NCBI GenBank assembly: GCA_963843795.1
Contig: CAWJLW010000006.1
Span: 620,001 to 684,000, forward strand
Length of the DNA stretch: 64,000 nucleotides
Reading direction: 5' to 3'
From: an uncultured bacterium
Lineage (GTDB): Bacteria > Armatimonadota > Abditibacteriia > Abditibacteriales > Abditibacteriaceae
Positions 1-9,765 of the stretch are shown piece after piece; position 1 is the first letter of the stretch, and the number at the start of each line of letters is the position of its first letter. Position numbers and translations under genes: made by a program. The notes under the pieces are model-generated. The model had not been told where the DNA came from. It saw only the letters and a list, made by a program, of their open reading frames with translations, and made no database searches.

Positions 1-991
1 AGACTGGAATGATAAAAGTCAAGACCAAAATCGCAATCAATGCGATAGTACGATCCATTACGTCTTTGACCGCTAAAGCAACGGTGTTTTGCGGCGTGTT
101 GTGCAAAACCATCGTCGGCATATTGCCCATCATATGGGCTTCGACTTTGGCGTTCATCGGCGGCGCCATGTCATCGACCAAGCTGACCGTGTTGCCGCGT
201 TCCAAGCACATTTCCAAAATATCGCCCCACGCGATAGTTTTTTCGCGCAGTTCGCTAATCGAGCGCACCAGAATAACTTCATCGACCACGTCGCGGTCTA
301 AAATCGCACTCAGTTCGCGCAAAGTGCCGATGTGAGGAATTTTTTCATCATCGGTTGGCACCGTGTCATCGTAAACGTAGCCCAGTAATCGCGAGCGCGA
401 GTAAGCGGGCGTTTCAAGCACTTTGGCGAAATTGGCTGCAGCGCTGTGCGGGCCAATCACGATCATATTGCGCATCGCGCGCGCCCCACGACGTTGGGCC
501 AATGGTAACAAAAGAGTGCGTTGCAGCCATAAGAAAGTGACGCCAAGGATAATGAAACCCATCAGCAATAAGCGGCTGATATCGAGTTTGAACAAAACGA
601 TGAACACCGTAATTGCGACAGTTCCCAGCAAACCCGCATAAGCACACATCGCAAATTCTTGTCGCGCAGTGCGTTGAATTTGCGGATCGTAGCCGCGCTG
701 AGTGTTGAGGAAAAACAGCCATGCTGGAATCGCCAGATACATCAGCCAGAGGTGTTTTTGGATGTTGACCAATGGATTGCTCGAAAGCAGAATCTGATAA
801 GTGTTCGGTGAAATTTCGCCGACACGACGCACCATCGGCTTTAAATTCGAGCCGAACAATGCTGCTGTGTGCACCAAAAATTCGCCCAGCCCACCACGCA
901 AAAACCACACGCAGAAAAACGCCACCATTAAAGTGGCCACATCCAGAGCCAATGACAGCATGACATGAGCCGTCCGTTGCGCTTTCAACAT
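1..991 (-). CDS. Undecaprenyl-phosphate glycosylphosphotransferase (WcaJ/WbaP-like sugar transferase), truncated by window edge
   Basis: Not in the ORF track because it runs off the left edge. Manual translation from ATG at 991: MLKAQRTAHVMLSLALDV, several TM helices, NMIVIG, 'GTLRELSAILDRDVVDEVIL', then 'VKDVMDRTIALIAILVL', the start of the Bac_transf domain. Confidence 0.8.
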   Translation of the reverse strand, partial: MLKAQRTAHVMLSLALDVATLMVAFFCVWFLRGGLGEFLVHTAALFGSNLKPMVRRVGEISPNTYQILLSSNPLVNIQKHLWLMYLAIPAWLFFLNTQRGYDPQIQRTARQEFAMCAYAGLLGTVAITVFIVLFKLDISRLLLMGFIILGVTFLWLQRTLLLPLAQRRGARAMRNMIVIGPHSAAANFAKVLETPAYSRSRLLGYVYDDTVPTDDEKIPHIGTLRELSAILDRDVVDEVILVRSISELREKTIAWGDILEMCLERGNTVSLVDDMAPPMNAKVEAHMMGNMPTMVLHNTPQNTVALAVKDVMDRTIALIAILVLTFIIPV

Positions 992-1176
992 CCTGTTAAA
1001 TTCACCTCGTAATTAGATTTCCAATCAGTGCGCCGTCTTACATTGTAAAACATAATCGCACCCGACGCGCATTTGGCGCAATTTGCACAGCACAATTTCG
1101 CATCACTTGCATAAGTCGTAGCAAACAATTCGCCTTTTGTGCCGTGCAAGTACTTGCAACACGATTTTCATACCAA

Positions 1177-1208
1177 AAACGGCGGCCTTCAATTGAAGGC
1201 CGCCGTTT
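1177..1208 (-). terminator. Intrinsic terminator downstream of glnA
   Basis: Perfect inverted repeat AAACGGCGGCCTTCAA|TTGAAGGCCGCCGTTT with a T-run on the minus strand, about 30 nt after the glnA stop. Confidence 0.75.
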
Positions 1209-1240
1209 CTATTTTGCAGGAACTTGCACCCGAATTTAAA

Positions 1241-2698
1241 TTACACGTCAAAGTACAACGAGAATTCGTAGGGATGCGGGCGCAGACGCAGCGCGTCCAC
1301 GTCGCCACGCTTGAGGTCGATATACATTTCGATCAAGTCGTCGGTGAAAACGCCACCGGCTTTCAAGAATTCGTTGTCTTCTTCCAATGCATCCAACACG
1401 GCTTCCAAGCTTCCGGGCACGGTCGGGATGCCTTCTTTTTCTTCCGGCTCCAATTCATACAAATCCTTGTCGAACGGATCGCCTGGCTCGATTTTGTTTT
1501 TGATGCCATCCAAACCGGCCATTAACTGAGCGGCCAAAGACAAATAAATGTTGCCGGTTACGTCAGGCGTGCGGAATTCGATGCGCTTGGCTTTGGCCTT
1601 GTCGCCGGTGAGGGGAATACGCACCGCTGCCGAGCGGTTGCCCTGAGAATACAGCAGGTAAATCGGCGCTTCGTAGCCCGGAACCAGACGATGATACGAG
1701 TTGGTGCTGGCGTTGGTGAAAGCCAGAACGGCGGGAGCGTGCTTCAAAATGCCGCCGATATACCAACGCGCCAAATCGGACAGGCCTGCGTAGCCGTTGG
1801 CATCATACATTAGCGTATCGCCATTCTTCCACAAAGATTGATGACAGTGCATACCGGTGCCGTTATCACCGAAAATCGGTTTGGGCATAAAGGTCGCGGT
1901 CAGCCCATGACGCGCGGCGGTATTTTTGACGATGTACTTGTGAATCATCATCTTGTCGGCCATTTTTTCGATGGTGTCGAGAGAAATGCCGATTTCACAC
2001 TGTCCGCCAGAGCCGACTTCGTGGTGATGCACGTCAACTTCGATGCCGGCGTCCATCAGGTTGCGCACGATGTCGTTGCGCACTTCGGTCAAGGAATCGA
2101 CGGGAGGAACTGGCACGTAGCCGCCTTTGTTGCGCGGACGACGGCCCGAATTCCATTCTCCGGTATCGGGATCGTAAACCGGTGCGCCATTGTGCCAATC
2201 GCCTTCCAATGATTCCACTTTATAATGCGAGTAATGGCCGTCGAGACCGCCAGCCACTTTATGTCCGCCAAACGAGACGCCGTTGAACAGGAAAAATTCG
2301 GCTTCAGGGCCAAAATAAGCGGTATCGGCGATGCCGGTGCTTTCCAGATAAGCGACAGCTTTGGCGACAACGCCGCGCGGATCGCGCGAATAGGGTTCGC
2401 GGGTGAGCGGATCGACAATGCTGGCGAAAACCGAAAGCGTCGGAGTGTCGTAAGCCGGATCGATGAAAGCCGATTCGGCATCGGGCAGCAACAACATGTC
2501 CGATTTGTCGATAGTTTGAAAGCCGCGCACGCTCGAACCGTCGAACATTACGCCGTTGGAAAAAAAGTTTTCATTCAATTGAGCTTCGACGGGATAAGTC
2601 AGGTGCTGCATATCGCCCAACAGGCCGGTGAACTTCAAATCAATAAATTGCGCGCCGGCTTCTTCGGCCATTTGAATAACGGATTTGGCATCTGCCAT
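1241..2698 (-). CDS. glnA: Glutamine synthetase type I
   Basis: FDGSS, GPEAEFF, HHHEV, MPKPIFGDNGTGMHCHQSL, NRSAAVRIP, RIEFRTPD; adenylylation-type 'DLYEL'. Confidence 0.97.
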   Translation of the reverse strand: MADAKSVIQMAEEAGAQFIDLKFTGLLGDMQHLTYPVEAQLNENFFSNGVMFDGSSVRGFQTIDKSDMLLLPDAESAFIDPAYDTPTLSVFASIVDPLTREPYSRDPRGVVAKAVAYLESTGIADTAYFGPEAEFFLFNGVSFGGHKVAGGLDGHYSHYKVESLEGDWHNGAPVYDPDTGEWNSGRRPRNKGGYVPVPPVDSLTEVRNDIVRNLMDAGIEVDVHHHEVGSGGQCEIGISLDTIEKMADKMMIHKYIVKNTAARHGLTATFMPKPIFGDNGTGMHCHQSLWKNGDTLMYDANGYAGLSDLARWYIGGILKHAPAVLAFTNASTNSYHRLVPGYEAPIYLLYSQGNRSAAVRIPLTGDKAKAKRIEFRTPDVTGNIYLSLAAQLMAGLDGIKNKIEPGDPFDKDLYELEPEEKEGIPTVPGSLEAVLDALEEDNEFLKAGGVFTDDLIEMYIDLKRGDVDALRLRPHPYEFSLYFDV

Positions 2699-2821
2699 AA
2701 AATTAGGTCTCCTGAATTACTGGATGTAGAATGTGAAAGGTAGAATTTGGCGGGTGCAAGTACTTGCGGGGTGTTGCGCTTTCACGGCGCGATTTCCACT
2801 TTCCAAATTCCATCTTCGGTT

Positions 2822-3205
<384 letters not shown>

Positions 3206-3320
3206 TCAATTTTCCAATCCCAATACAGATTAAATCTTTCCACCGCTTTTGTCACGCGGCCCCGCTTGGTTCTTCGCAATGCGTTCGAGCGGAAAACGCG
3301 CCACATTTTAGGAACTCCAT

Positions 3321-3380
3321 GTTTCAAACTTGTTACACGCGCGTAAAAATCAAACCAGAAACGCGTTTCAAGGGCGTAAA
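3321..3380 (-). promoter_or_regulatory. Putative GlnR-type operator upstream of glnB-glnA
   Basis: Minus strand reads TTTAC-n6-GAAAC-n6-CTGGT-n6-TTTAC-n6-GTAAC-n6-GAAAC. The last pair matches the actinobacterial GlnR box gTnAc-n6-GaAAc exactly. Confidence 0.6.
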
Positions 3381-3496
3381 AGGCTTATGGAAGTCTTTAC
3401 TCAGAGCTATCCAATCGGTTTTTGAATGCTTTTTTGCTACGATTAACGTCCGCAAAAAGCTCGCATTCCGCGCGAATTCATCCGCCGCCCACGCGT

Positions 3497-3528
3497 AATG
3501 GTGGCTGCAAGTACTTGCAGCCACCATT
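3497..3528. terminator. 32-bp perfect palindrome centred on GCAAGTACTTGC, probable terminator
   Basis: AATGGTGGCTGCAAGT|ACTTGCAGCCACCATT, just downstream of the 3545-4417 stop. Confidence 0.6.
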
Positions 3529-3544
3529 TATAAACCAAGCGCGC

Positions 3545-4417
3545 TTACAAATTTAAGCTATTTTCAAAAGGTGCGAAATCTTCCAACAGTTGCGTCATAG
3601 TGTTGGTTTGCGAAACCACATCGTTGATGTCGGCCAGTACTTGTTCGGGCGGCTGCGCGCGAATCTCATCCGCGATCAAGCCGAAGGTATCTTCCAACAA
3701 GCTCAACTGATGCAGCAGATTGGTTTGGATCCGTCCGATTTTGCCGGTGAATTCGCGTCGCCTTCCCAGTACATCCAGGCGCTTTTCCAGCACGGCTCGC
3801 GTGTTGTCGTCGCGCTCTTTTTGCGCGTTGGTTTGCAGCGATTTCAATTCGCCATCGTATTGGGCTTGAATGCGCGCAATCGCCGCCTGCGTCCAATGGG
3901 TGTCGGGCAAGCCAGAATTTGCACCATTAGGTGAAGGCGCGTTGCGTTGAACGAGAATGGCCGGATTGGAAACGCCGCATTCCTGAGCCAGAACGGATTG
4001 CAAATACTGCTGAAATTGCGCATCTTTGGCGGCGAATTGCAGGAACTTCTCTAATAGGAAATCCAATTTGCGCAAAACTTCGCGAAACCATTCCGGTTGC
4101 TCCTGCGCTTGATCGTTGATGCTGGCGCGCACTTGCTCCAAATTGGCGAAGCGGCTTTGCATCGCGGGTTGAAGTGTGGGCAAAATGCGCGCCTTCAATT
4201 CTTCGCGGCGCGCTTCGATTTCCGCATCGAAACGCCGCGCCAGGCGCAATTGATACCAGCGCGAATCGGAGACGAACAAAATATAAGCGGCTTCGGCCAC
4301 CAAACCGACCAGCAGTGGTAAGGGATTGAGCAGCGCAGCCGAAACCGCGACCGCGCTCGCCAAACCGACAACGTTATATTTTTCTTTGAAGGCTTCCAAA
4401 TACCGATTTGCGGCCAT
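3545..4417 (-). CDS. Hypothetical membrane-anchored helical/coiled-coil protein
   Basis: Two N-terminal hydrophobic segments followed by a long helical region; starts 15 nt after the stop of the upstream substrate-binding gene. Confidence 0.65.
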   Translation of the reverse strand: MAANRYLEAFKEKYNVVGLASAVAVSAALLNPLPLLVGLVAEAAYILFVSDSRWYQLRLARRFDAEIEARREELKARILPTLQPAMQSRFANLEQVRASINDQAQEQPEWFREVLRKLDFLLEKFLQFAAKDAQFQQYLQSVLAQECGVSNPAILVQRNAPSPNGANSGLPDTHWTQAAIARIQAQYDGELKSLQTNAQKERDDNTRAVLEKRLDVLGRRREFTGKIGRIQTNLLHQLSLLEDTFGLIADEIRAQPPEQVLADINDVVSQTNTMTQLLEDFAPFENSLNL

Positions 4418-4432
4418 ATTCGCTTAAGTGAG

Positions 4433-5635
4433 TCAGCTCGACACTTTGGGCGCGACATACTTTTTCCATTGAAATGCCGCCGAGTTGAGCGCGTCGTAAG
4501 GCGGCAGTTCAACTGCAGAAAAGCCGGGTTGAAAGCCTTGATTGCGCAAATTCGACAGCGTATTATTCAAGGATAACGTGCCGCCCGAACGCGCGGGACG
4601 GAAATGATAAGCCAAACCTTCGCGCGTCGAGCGGTCGCTGCCTAAAAACTTCAAGAATTCGCGTGCGCCTTCTTGTTGGGTGTTGGACAGCCAATCGCCT
4701 TGCAAAACTGCACCGACGCTTTCCGAAACCGCTGTTGGATTGGGATAAATGACCGCGACTTTACGATTTTGCATTGCTTCATCAATCGCGTTGCTTTCGT
4801 AAGTGGTGATGAAATCATAACGATTCGGATCGGCGACAAACGCTTTGAACAGTGCGCTTGAACCGCCTTGCGCGGGCAAGTCGAACACCAGACCGCGCTC
4901 CAAGCCTTGTAGATAAGCGCGAAATTTCGTCGTCGAAGCGACATCGTTCGGGTCGCTGTTAGTCTGCTGCGCGTAGTCAGCCAGAATCAGGCCCAGCGTC
5001 ATCATGCCGCTGTTGGCAGTCAGCGGATCGGCGTGCGAAAATTTCAGATTGGCGCTCGCAGCGCGCAGCTTATCCCAACCGCTGCCCAGAATTGGCTTCA
5101 ATTTCGGTAATTTTTCCTTCGTGGTGAGAAATACTAAAGGCGAGCGGAAAAAGACGCGATAGGAAGTTGGATCGTCCAAATTGAGAATCGGTCTCTCGTG
5201 ATCGGCTTTCCACGCTGTAGCCAAACGCGCCGTCCAGATCGTGCTCGATGGTGACCAGATGGCTGGCTGGACATCGCCCTGTAAAATTGCGTGCATGGCG
5301 TCGCGCGTCTCCATAAATTTGGTAGTAACGCGATATTTGCCCTGGTTTTCCTGATTGAACTTTTCGATTTGGTCGAGCAGCCAGCCCCTTTTCGTCGCGC
5401 TGGTCAGAAGCAAAATTTCGTTGTCCTGTGCCGCCAGCGCGCCCGTTGCGAAGTTTCCAGATGCGTTTTCACTTTTGTTCGCTGTCGCGCTGGTGTTATT
5501 ATTGTTCGAGCTGAGTGAGGGCAATTTAAATGGTGTTGCGCTGCCATTTTGCTGTTGATAAAAGCGCCATCCGCCGATGGCGATGCCCACAATCAGCAAA
5601 AATAAAACAAATTTCCCCATCCCTGTGATGCGCAT
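4433..5635 (-). CDS. Extracellular solute-binding-domain protein (type often associated with vWA proteins)
   Basis: N-terminal TM anchor; 'PAIWSPSS', 'SPLVF', 'FSHADPLTANSG', 'TYESNAI', 'VIYPNPT', 'FRP' motifs. Confidence 0.65.
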   Translation of the reverse strand: MRITGMGKFVLFLLIVGIAIGGWRFYQQQNGSATPFKLPSLSSNNNNTSATANKSENASGNFATGALAAQDNEILLLTSATKRGWLLDQIEKFNQENQGKYRVTTKFMETRDAMHAILQGDVQPAIWSPSSTIWTARLATAWKADHERPILNLDDPTSYRVFFRSPLVFLTTKEKLPKLKPILGSGWDKLRAASANLKFSHADPLTANSGMMTLGLILADYAQQTNSDPNDVASTTKFRAYLQGLERGLVFDLPAQGGSSALFKAFVADPNRYDFITTYESNAIDEAMQNRKVAVIYPNPTAVSESVGAVLQGDWLSNTQQEGAREFLKFLGSDRSTREGLAYHFRPARSGGTLSLNNTLSNLRNQGFQPGFSAVELPPYDALNSAAFQWKKYVAPKVSS

Positions 5636-5867
5636 AAGCTGAAAACCTCACCCTGCTTGAAGCCAATTTCTTCGCAGACGAATTGTGCGTTTAGCATAAC
5701 GCAAAATTAGACGCGCTTTGTTAAAAGCGCTGAAAGCACTGGCGGGTACAAAGCCGACTGATAAAAAATCTGAGCCAAAGTTTGTTATTTCGGCTCGTGG
5801 CACCGTTATTTTCCCAAAGGCACAAAAATAGAATTATGCGTTGACGCTTTTGTTGAGGACAAAAACC

Positions 5868-5901
5868 AAAAGCCGCCTGCAAGTACTTGCAGGCGGCTTT
5901 T
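5868..5901. terminator. 34-bp palindrome with A/T tails centred on GCAAGTACTTGC, terminator of the regulator gene
   Basis: AAAAGCCGCCTGCAAGT|ACTTGCAGGCGGCTTTT, 11 nt beyond the stop at 5913. Confidence 0.75.
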
Positions 5902-5912
5902 CGATGAGGGCT

Positions 5913-6596
5913 TTAGGTTTTGTTGTCTTCAATGAGTTTATAGCCGACGTTGCGCACGGTTTGAATTAAATCATCAAACTCCGGCCCAATCTTGGCGCGT
6001 AGCCGTCGTATGTGAACGTCCACAGTGCGCGTGCCGCCGAGATACTCATCGCCCCACACATGACGCAAAAGCGCATCGCGCGAGAAAACGCGGCCTCGAT
6101 GGGTGAGCAGAAAACGCAGCAATTCGAATTCTTTATAAGTTAGTTCGATTTGTTCGCCGCGCACGCTGGCCTGATAGGACGCCAGATTCATCATCAAAAC
6201 TCCAGCTTTGATGGTATCTTTGGAATCGACTTTACTCAATCGCCACAACACGAATTTAATGCGCGTGTGCAATTCTTCAAAGGAGTCGCCCTTGACCAGA
6301 AAATCTTCCAGCCCGATGGAAAAATCTAATGAAGTTGCTTCACGCACATCCACAAGTGCGACAATGGGCATATGCTTGAGTTCGGGACGCGATTTAAGCG
6401 AACGAACCGTGGAAACGGGATCGTGAGGCGCGGCAGTGAAATCGAGAATTAACAAATCGGCGCCGCGATCTTCCAATTGTTCCAGAACCGATTCTTCGGG
6501 ATCGGCCATCCAGGGCCGATAGCCCCAGCCGACCAGTTGCAAACGCAATTCGCGCGCAAACTGACGATCCGCAGACGCTAAAGCCACATTTATCAT
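5913..6596 (-). CDS. Orphan OmpR-family response regulator, GlnR-like
   Basis: Winged helix 'LTYKEFELL..RGRVFSR..LL..VWG.EYLGGTRTVDVHIRRLRAKIGPE...IQTVRNVGY'; atypical receiver lacking the canonical acidic pair after strand 1; no adjacent kinase. Confidence 0.85.
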   Translation of the reverse strand: MINVALASADRQFARELRLQLVGWGYRPWMADPEESVLEQLEDRGADLLILDFTAAPHDPVSTVRSLKSRPELKHMPIVALVDVREATSLDFSIGLEDFLVKGDSFEELHTRIKFVLWRLSKVDSKDTIKAGVLMMNLASYQASVRGEQIELTYKEFELLRFLLTHRGRVFSRDALLRHVWGDEYLGGTRTVDVHIRRLRAKIGPEFDDLIQTVRNVGYKLIEDNKT

Positions 6597-6743
6597 GGGT
6601 GATTTTCCAGCAATTTAAATTTTAAAACCAGCGCGCCGCATTCTAACATATCGCCGTCGCAGCGGCAGAATCTCGGTAGCGAGAATCTCACCGAGCACAC
6701 AAGCGGGCCAGAGGTTGGAGAACAAACACCGCATTTTTTAACC

Positions 6744-6778
6744 AAAACGCCGCAAATCGTAAAGATTCGCGGCGTTTT
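6744..6778 (-). terminator. Intrinsic terminator after small basic ORF
   Basis: AAAACGCCGC-AAATC..GATTC-GCGGCGTTTT hairpin. Confidence 0.65.
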
Positions 6779-6791
6779 TCTCATCGCTGTT

Positions 6792-6896
6792 TTAGCTTTT
6801 TTTGGAAGCGGCAATAGCAGCTTTTTTAGCTTCTTTCAAGCGGTCTGCGCGCTTTTTACGACGGCGACGAATTTCTTTTTGACGTTCACGAGCCAT
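6792..6896 (-). CDS. Small highly basic 34-aa protein (not in ORF track)
   Basis: AGGAGG RBS, then ATG at 6896: MARERQKEIRRRRKKRADRLKEAKKAAIAASKKS*, followed by a terminator. Confidence 0.75.
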   Translation of the reverse strand: MARERQKEIRRRRKKRADRLKEAKKAAIAASKKS

Positions 6897-6918
6897 TTAT
6901 CTTTCCTCCTTGATTCAG

Positions 6919-7350
6919 TTAATTTCCGTTTTTACTTTCGCGCGGTGCTTCGGGTTGTGCGAGGATTTGCACCCATACATTGCGATGACGCGGTCCATCG
7001 AATTCGCAGAAGAACACTTGTTGCCAGCGCCCTAATTGCAGTTCGCCATATTCGATGGCCAGGGACTGCGAGTTACCGGTCATCAGCGCTTTGATGTGCG
7101 AATCGCTGTTACCTTCGCCATGACGATAATCGCCCTGATGTGGCACCAAGCGTTCCAAAGTTTGCAATATATCGCGCGCCACGTCGGGATCGTAGCCTTC
7201 CTGCACCGTAATTCCGCCCGTGGTGTGTGGGCATTGCACAGTGCAAATACCACGCTTAACTCCGCTTTCGCGGACTAAACGCTGCACTTCGGTTGTGATG
7301 TTGACCAGCGCGTTGCGCCGGTCGGTCGAAATTTTCAATGTCTGCATCAC
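6919..7350 (-). CDS. yjbQ: YjbQ/UPF0047 family protein
   Basis: HTTGGITVQE, YRHGEGNSDSHIK, LGRWQQVFFCEFDGPR. Confidence 0.9.
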   Translation of the reverse strand: MMQTLKISTDRRNALVNITTEVQRLVRESGVKRGICTVQCPHTTGGITVQEGYDPDVARDILQTLERLVPHQGDYRHGEGNSDSHIKALMTGNSQSLAIEYGELQLGRWQQVFFCEFDGPRHRNVWVQILAQPEAPRESKNGN

Positions 7351-7471
7351 GTTCTATTTTAACAGAGGAGAGAGATGAGCGGGGAGAGATGAGAAAAGAA
7401 GACATAAGGTTCGTATTTCACTTGCAAGTACTTGCCGCGCCGACTTCTCCCTCGCTCATCTTTCCCCGCTG

Positions 7472-8503
7472 TTATTGCACAAAGCCTTTGGTGACCTTCA
7501 TGAACACGTCTTCCAAATCGGCCTGACGCGGCGCGAACGTCGCGACCGGAACTCCGTTTTGCACCAGCGATTGCAGCACCAGTGGCAAATCGTCATGCGA
7601 ACCCGTCCAATCGATTTGCAAATGCGTGCCTTCCAAGCGCGTTTCTTTGATGTGCGGATGGCCCGCAAGTACTTGCAGCGCGCGTTGGCCGATTTCCGGC
7701 CCGCCGTTCCAGCGCACATCAATCACCGCGTGACCTTCCAAACGCTGCACAATATCATTGACGCGGCCCGCGACCACCAAATGCCCGCGCTCCATGATGC
7801 CGACCACGTTACAGAAATCGGCCAATTCGGGCAGAATGTGCGAACTCACGAAAATCGTTTTCCCCATCTGCTGCAATTCTTTCAGCAGCGCGCGAAATTC
7901 AATGCGCGCGCGCGGGTCAAGGCCAGAAGCGGGTTCGTCTAAAAGCAGAACTTTCGGATCGTGAACTAGAGTTTTCGCCAGACACAAACGCTGCTTCATG
8001 CCGCGCGACAGGCTTTCGACATACGCTTCGCGCTTGCCGGTTAAATCGGTCAAATCCAAAACATCGTCGATAATCGACTTGCGTTTATTGACCGGAATTT
8101 TATAGGCGGCAGCGAAAAAATCGAGATATTCCCACACTTTCACGTCGTCGTAAACGCCGAAAAAGTCGGGCATGTAACCCATCACGCGCCGCACTTCGAG
8201 CGGATTTTTCACGCAGTCGATGCCATCAATAAACGCGTGTCCCGACGACGGTTCGAGCAAAGTCGCCAGCACTTTAATCGTCGTGGTTTTGCCCGCGCCG
8301 TTTGGCCCGATGAAACCGAAAACATCGCCTTTATTGATCGTCAAATTCAAATCGCGCACCGCTGTTAAATCGCGATAAACCTTGGTCAGATTGGAAATCT
8401 GAATCATCGCTTGCGGCGCGGTTGGCGTCGCTGTGGACGGTGTCGCCATTTGTGGCTCGACGGTGGGAGTTTCGACTGTCATGGCATTCCTTGGAAATAT
8501 CAA
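7472..8503 (-). CDS. ABC-2 type transporter ATP-binding protein
   Basis: GPNGAGKTT, LSRGMKQR, LLLDEP, SSH; the true start may be ATG at 8482. Confidence 0.9.
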   Translation of the reverse strand: MIFPRNAMTVETPTVEPQMATPSTATPTAPQAMIQISNLTKVYRDLTAVRDLNLTINKGDVFGFIGPNGAGKTTTIKVLATLLEPSSGHAFIDGIDCVKNPLEVRRVMGYMPDFFGVYDDVKVWEYLDFFAAAYKIPVNKRKSIIDDVLDLTDLTGKREAYVESLSRGMKQRLCLAKTLVHDPKVLLLDEPASGLDPRARIEFRALLKELQQMGKTIFVSSHILPELADFCNVVGIMERGHLVVAGRVNDIVQRLEGHAVIDVRWNGGPEIGQRALQVLAGHPHIKETRLEGTHLQIDWTGSHDDLPLVLQSLVQNGVPVATFAPRQADLEDVFMKVTKGFVQ

Positions 8504-8518
8504 ATAACCACGGCGAAA

Positions 8519-9459
8519 TCAGAACTTATCGGCGTCGATATAGGCTTGCAAAACCGCCAATTCGCCTTCTTTGCCGCGTTTGGAATTGCCGTGCTCCATA
8601 CCGATTACGCCCTGAAAACCTTTGCTGTGAATGTGTTTGAAAATGTTGCGATAGTTCATTTCGCCGGTGCCTGGCTCGTTGCGGCCCGGATTATCGCCGA
8701 CCTGAAAATACGCCACTTCGCTCCACGCGCGGTCGATGTTCGGAATGATATTGCCCTCGGTAATCTGCTGATGATACATATCGAAGAGGAGTTTGCACGA
8801 CGGCGAACCGACCGCCTGACAAATCGCATAACCCTGCGGAATTTTGCTCAGGAACAGACCCGGCGTGATCGCGCCACGGATTGAGCGCTTCCAGCACCAT
8901 CACAACGCCCGCGGGTTCGCAAACTTCGGCGCAGCGTTTAAGAGTTTCGACGACATAGGCGGTCTGATAATCCCATTCGCGGCCCACATCGTAGCGGCCC
9001 GGAACGACGGTCATCCATTTCGCATTGACGCGCTTGGCGGTTTCAAGCGAATCCTTCACTTCTTTCACCGCTGCATCTTGTTTGGCTTTGTCGTTGGAAG
9101 CAAACGTGACGTTGCCGAAATCTGCCGTCGCCACGAAAACGCCCATCGTCATGTTCAGGCGCTGCATTTCTTTGGCGATGCGCTCTTGTTCTTCAACCGA
9201 ACGACCGCGCATTCCATTGTCTTCCAGCGCCGTGAAGCCGCGTTCGGCCATCCAATTCAATTGCGCTCACGACATCGCCGCCAGTATGCTCGCCAAACAT
9301 GCCGAAGTGCGGCGCATATTTGAATTTGAAATCGGTTTTGGGCAGATTCGCATTTGCGCCGTTAGCATTTGCGCCATTTTCCTGTGCGAGCAGCAATTTG
9401 GGCGCGGCGAGGGCGGCGCTGGCCGCCAGAGTGGTTTGTATCAATTCGCGTCGTTTCAT
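8519..9459 (-). pseudogene. Tat-exported hydroxypyruvate isomerase-like TIM barrel, split by two frameshifts (possibly sequence errors)
   Basis: MKRRELIQ Tat signal; three ORF pieces join into one protein if single extra bases at about 9267 and 8860 are removed (..VAQLNWMAERGF..; ..DHPGLFLSKIPQ..LLFDMYHQQITEG..GDNPGRNEPGTGE..GMEH). Confidence 0.75.
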
Positions 9460-9535
9460 AATCGTAAAAAATACAGTCTGCAAGTACCTGCGGCGTGCTT
9501 TTGTCAATAATCTCTGTGTTCTCTGATGGACCTTT

Positions 9536-9598
9536 GTCATTGCGAGGGAGATTTGCGACTGTGGCAATCCTGGGTTGAAGCACAGATTGCCGCAGTCG
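9536..9598. repeat. GTCATTGCGAG-type palindromic element, truncated
   Basis: GTCATTGCGAG followed by inverted repeat CGACTGTGGCAATC / GATTGCCGCAGTCG; the expected right end CTCGCAATGAC is not seen. Confidence 0.45.
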
Positions 9599-9635
9599 TT
9601 TATCCGCAAACAGAGTTCTTCTGTCCAGAAATTCC

Positions 9636-9735
9636 GTAGGGTGCGGGTCTCCGACCCGTCCTTAGCGCATAATTCGCTGGCTGTGAATTTATCAGTCAAT
9701 TATGTGACAGGACGGGTCAGAGACCCGCGCCCTAC
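9636..9735. repeat. Inverted pair of GTAG-type REP sequences (REPIN-like)
   Basis: GTAGGGTGCGGGTCTCCGACCCGTCCT (9636-9662) and reverse-complement copy GTAGGGCGCGGGTCTCTGACCCGTCCT (9709-9735). Confidence 0.8.
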
Positions 9736-9765
9736 ATTCTGCTCGAACGGAACAACTTGATTTGC

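Noticed and set aside
9..963. ORF-track ORFs in the first kilobase, and most short overlapping ORFs elsewhere (many containing ASTC or CKYL)
   Set aside because: They are antisense or out-of-frame shadows of real genes, or read-throughs of the stop-free palindrome.
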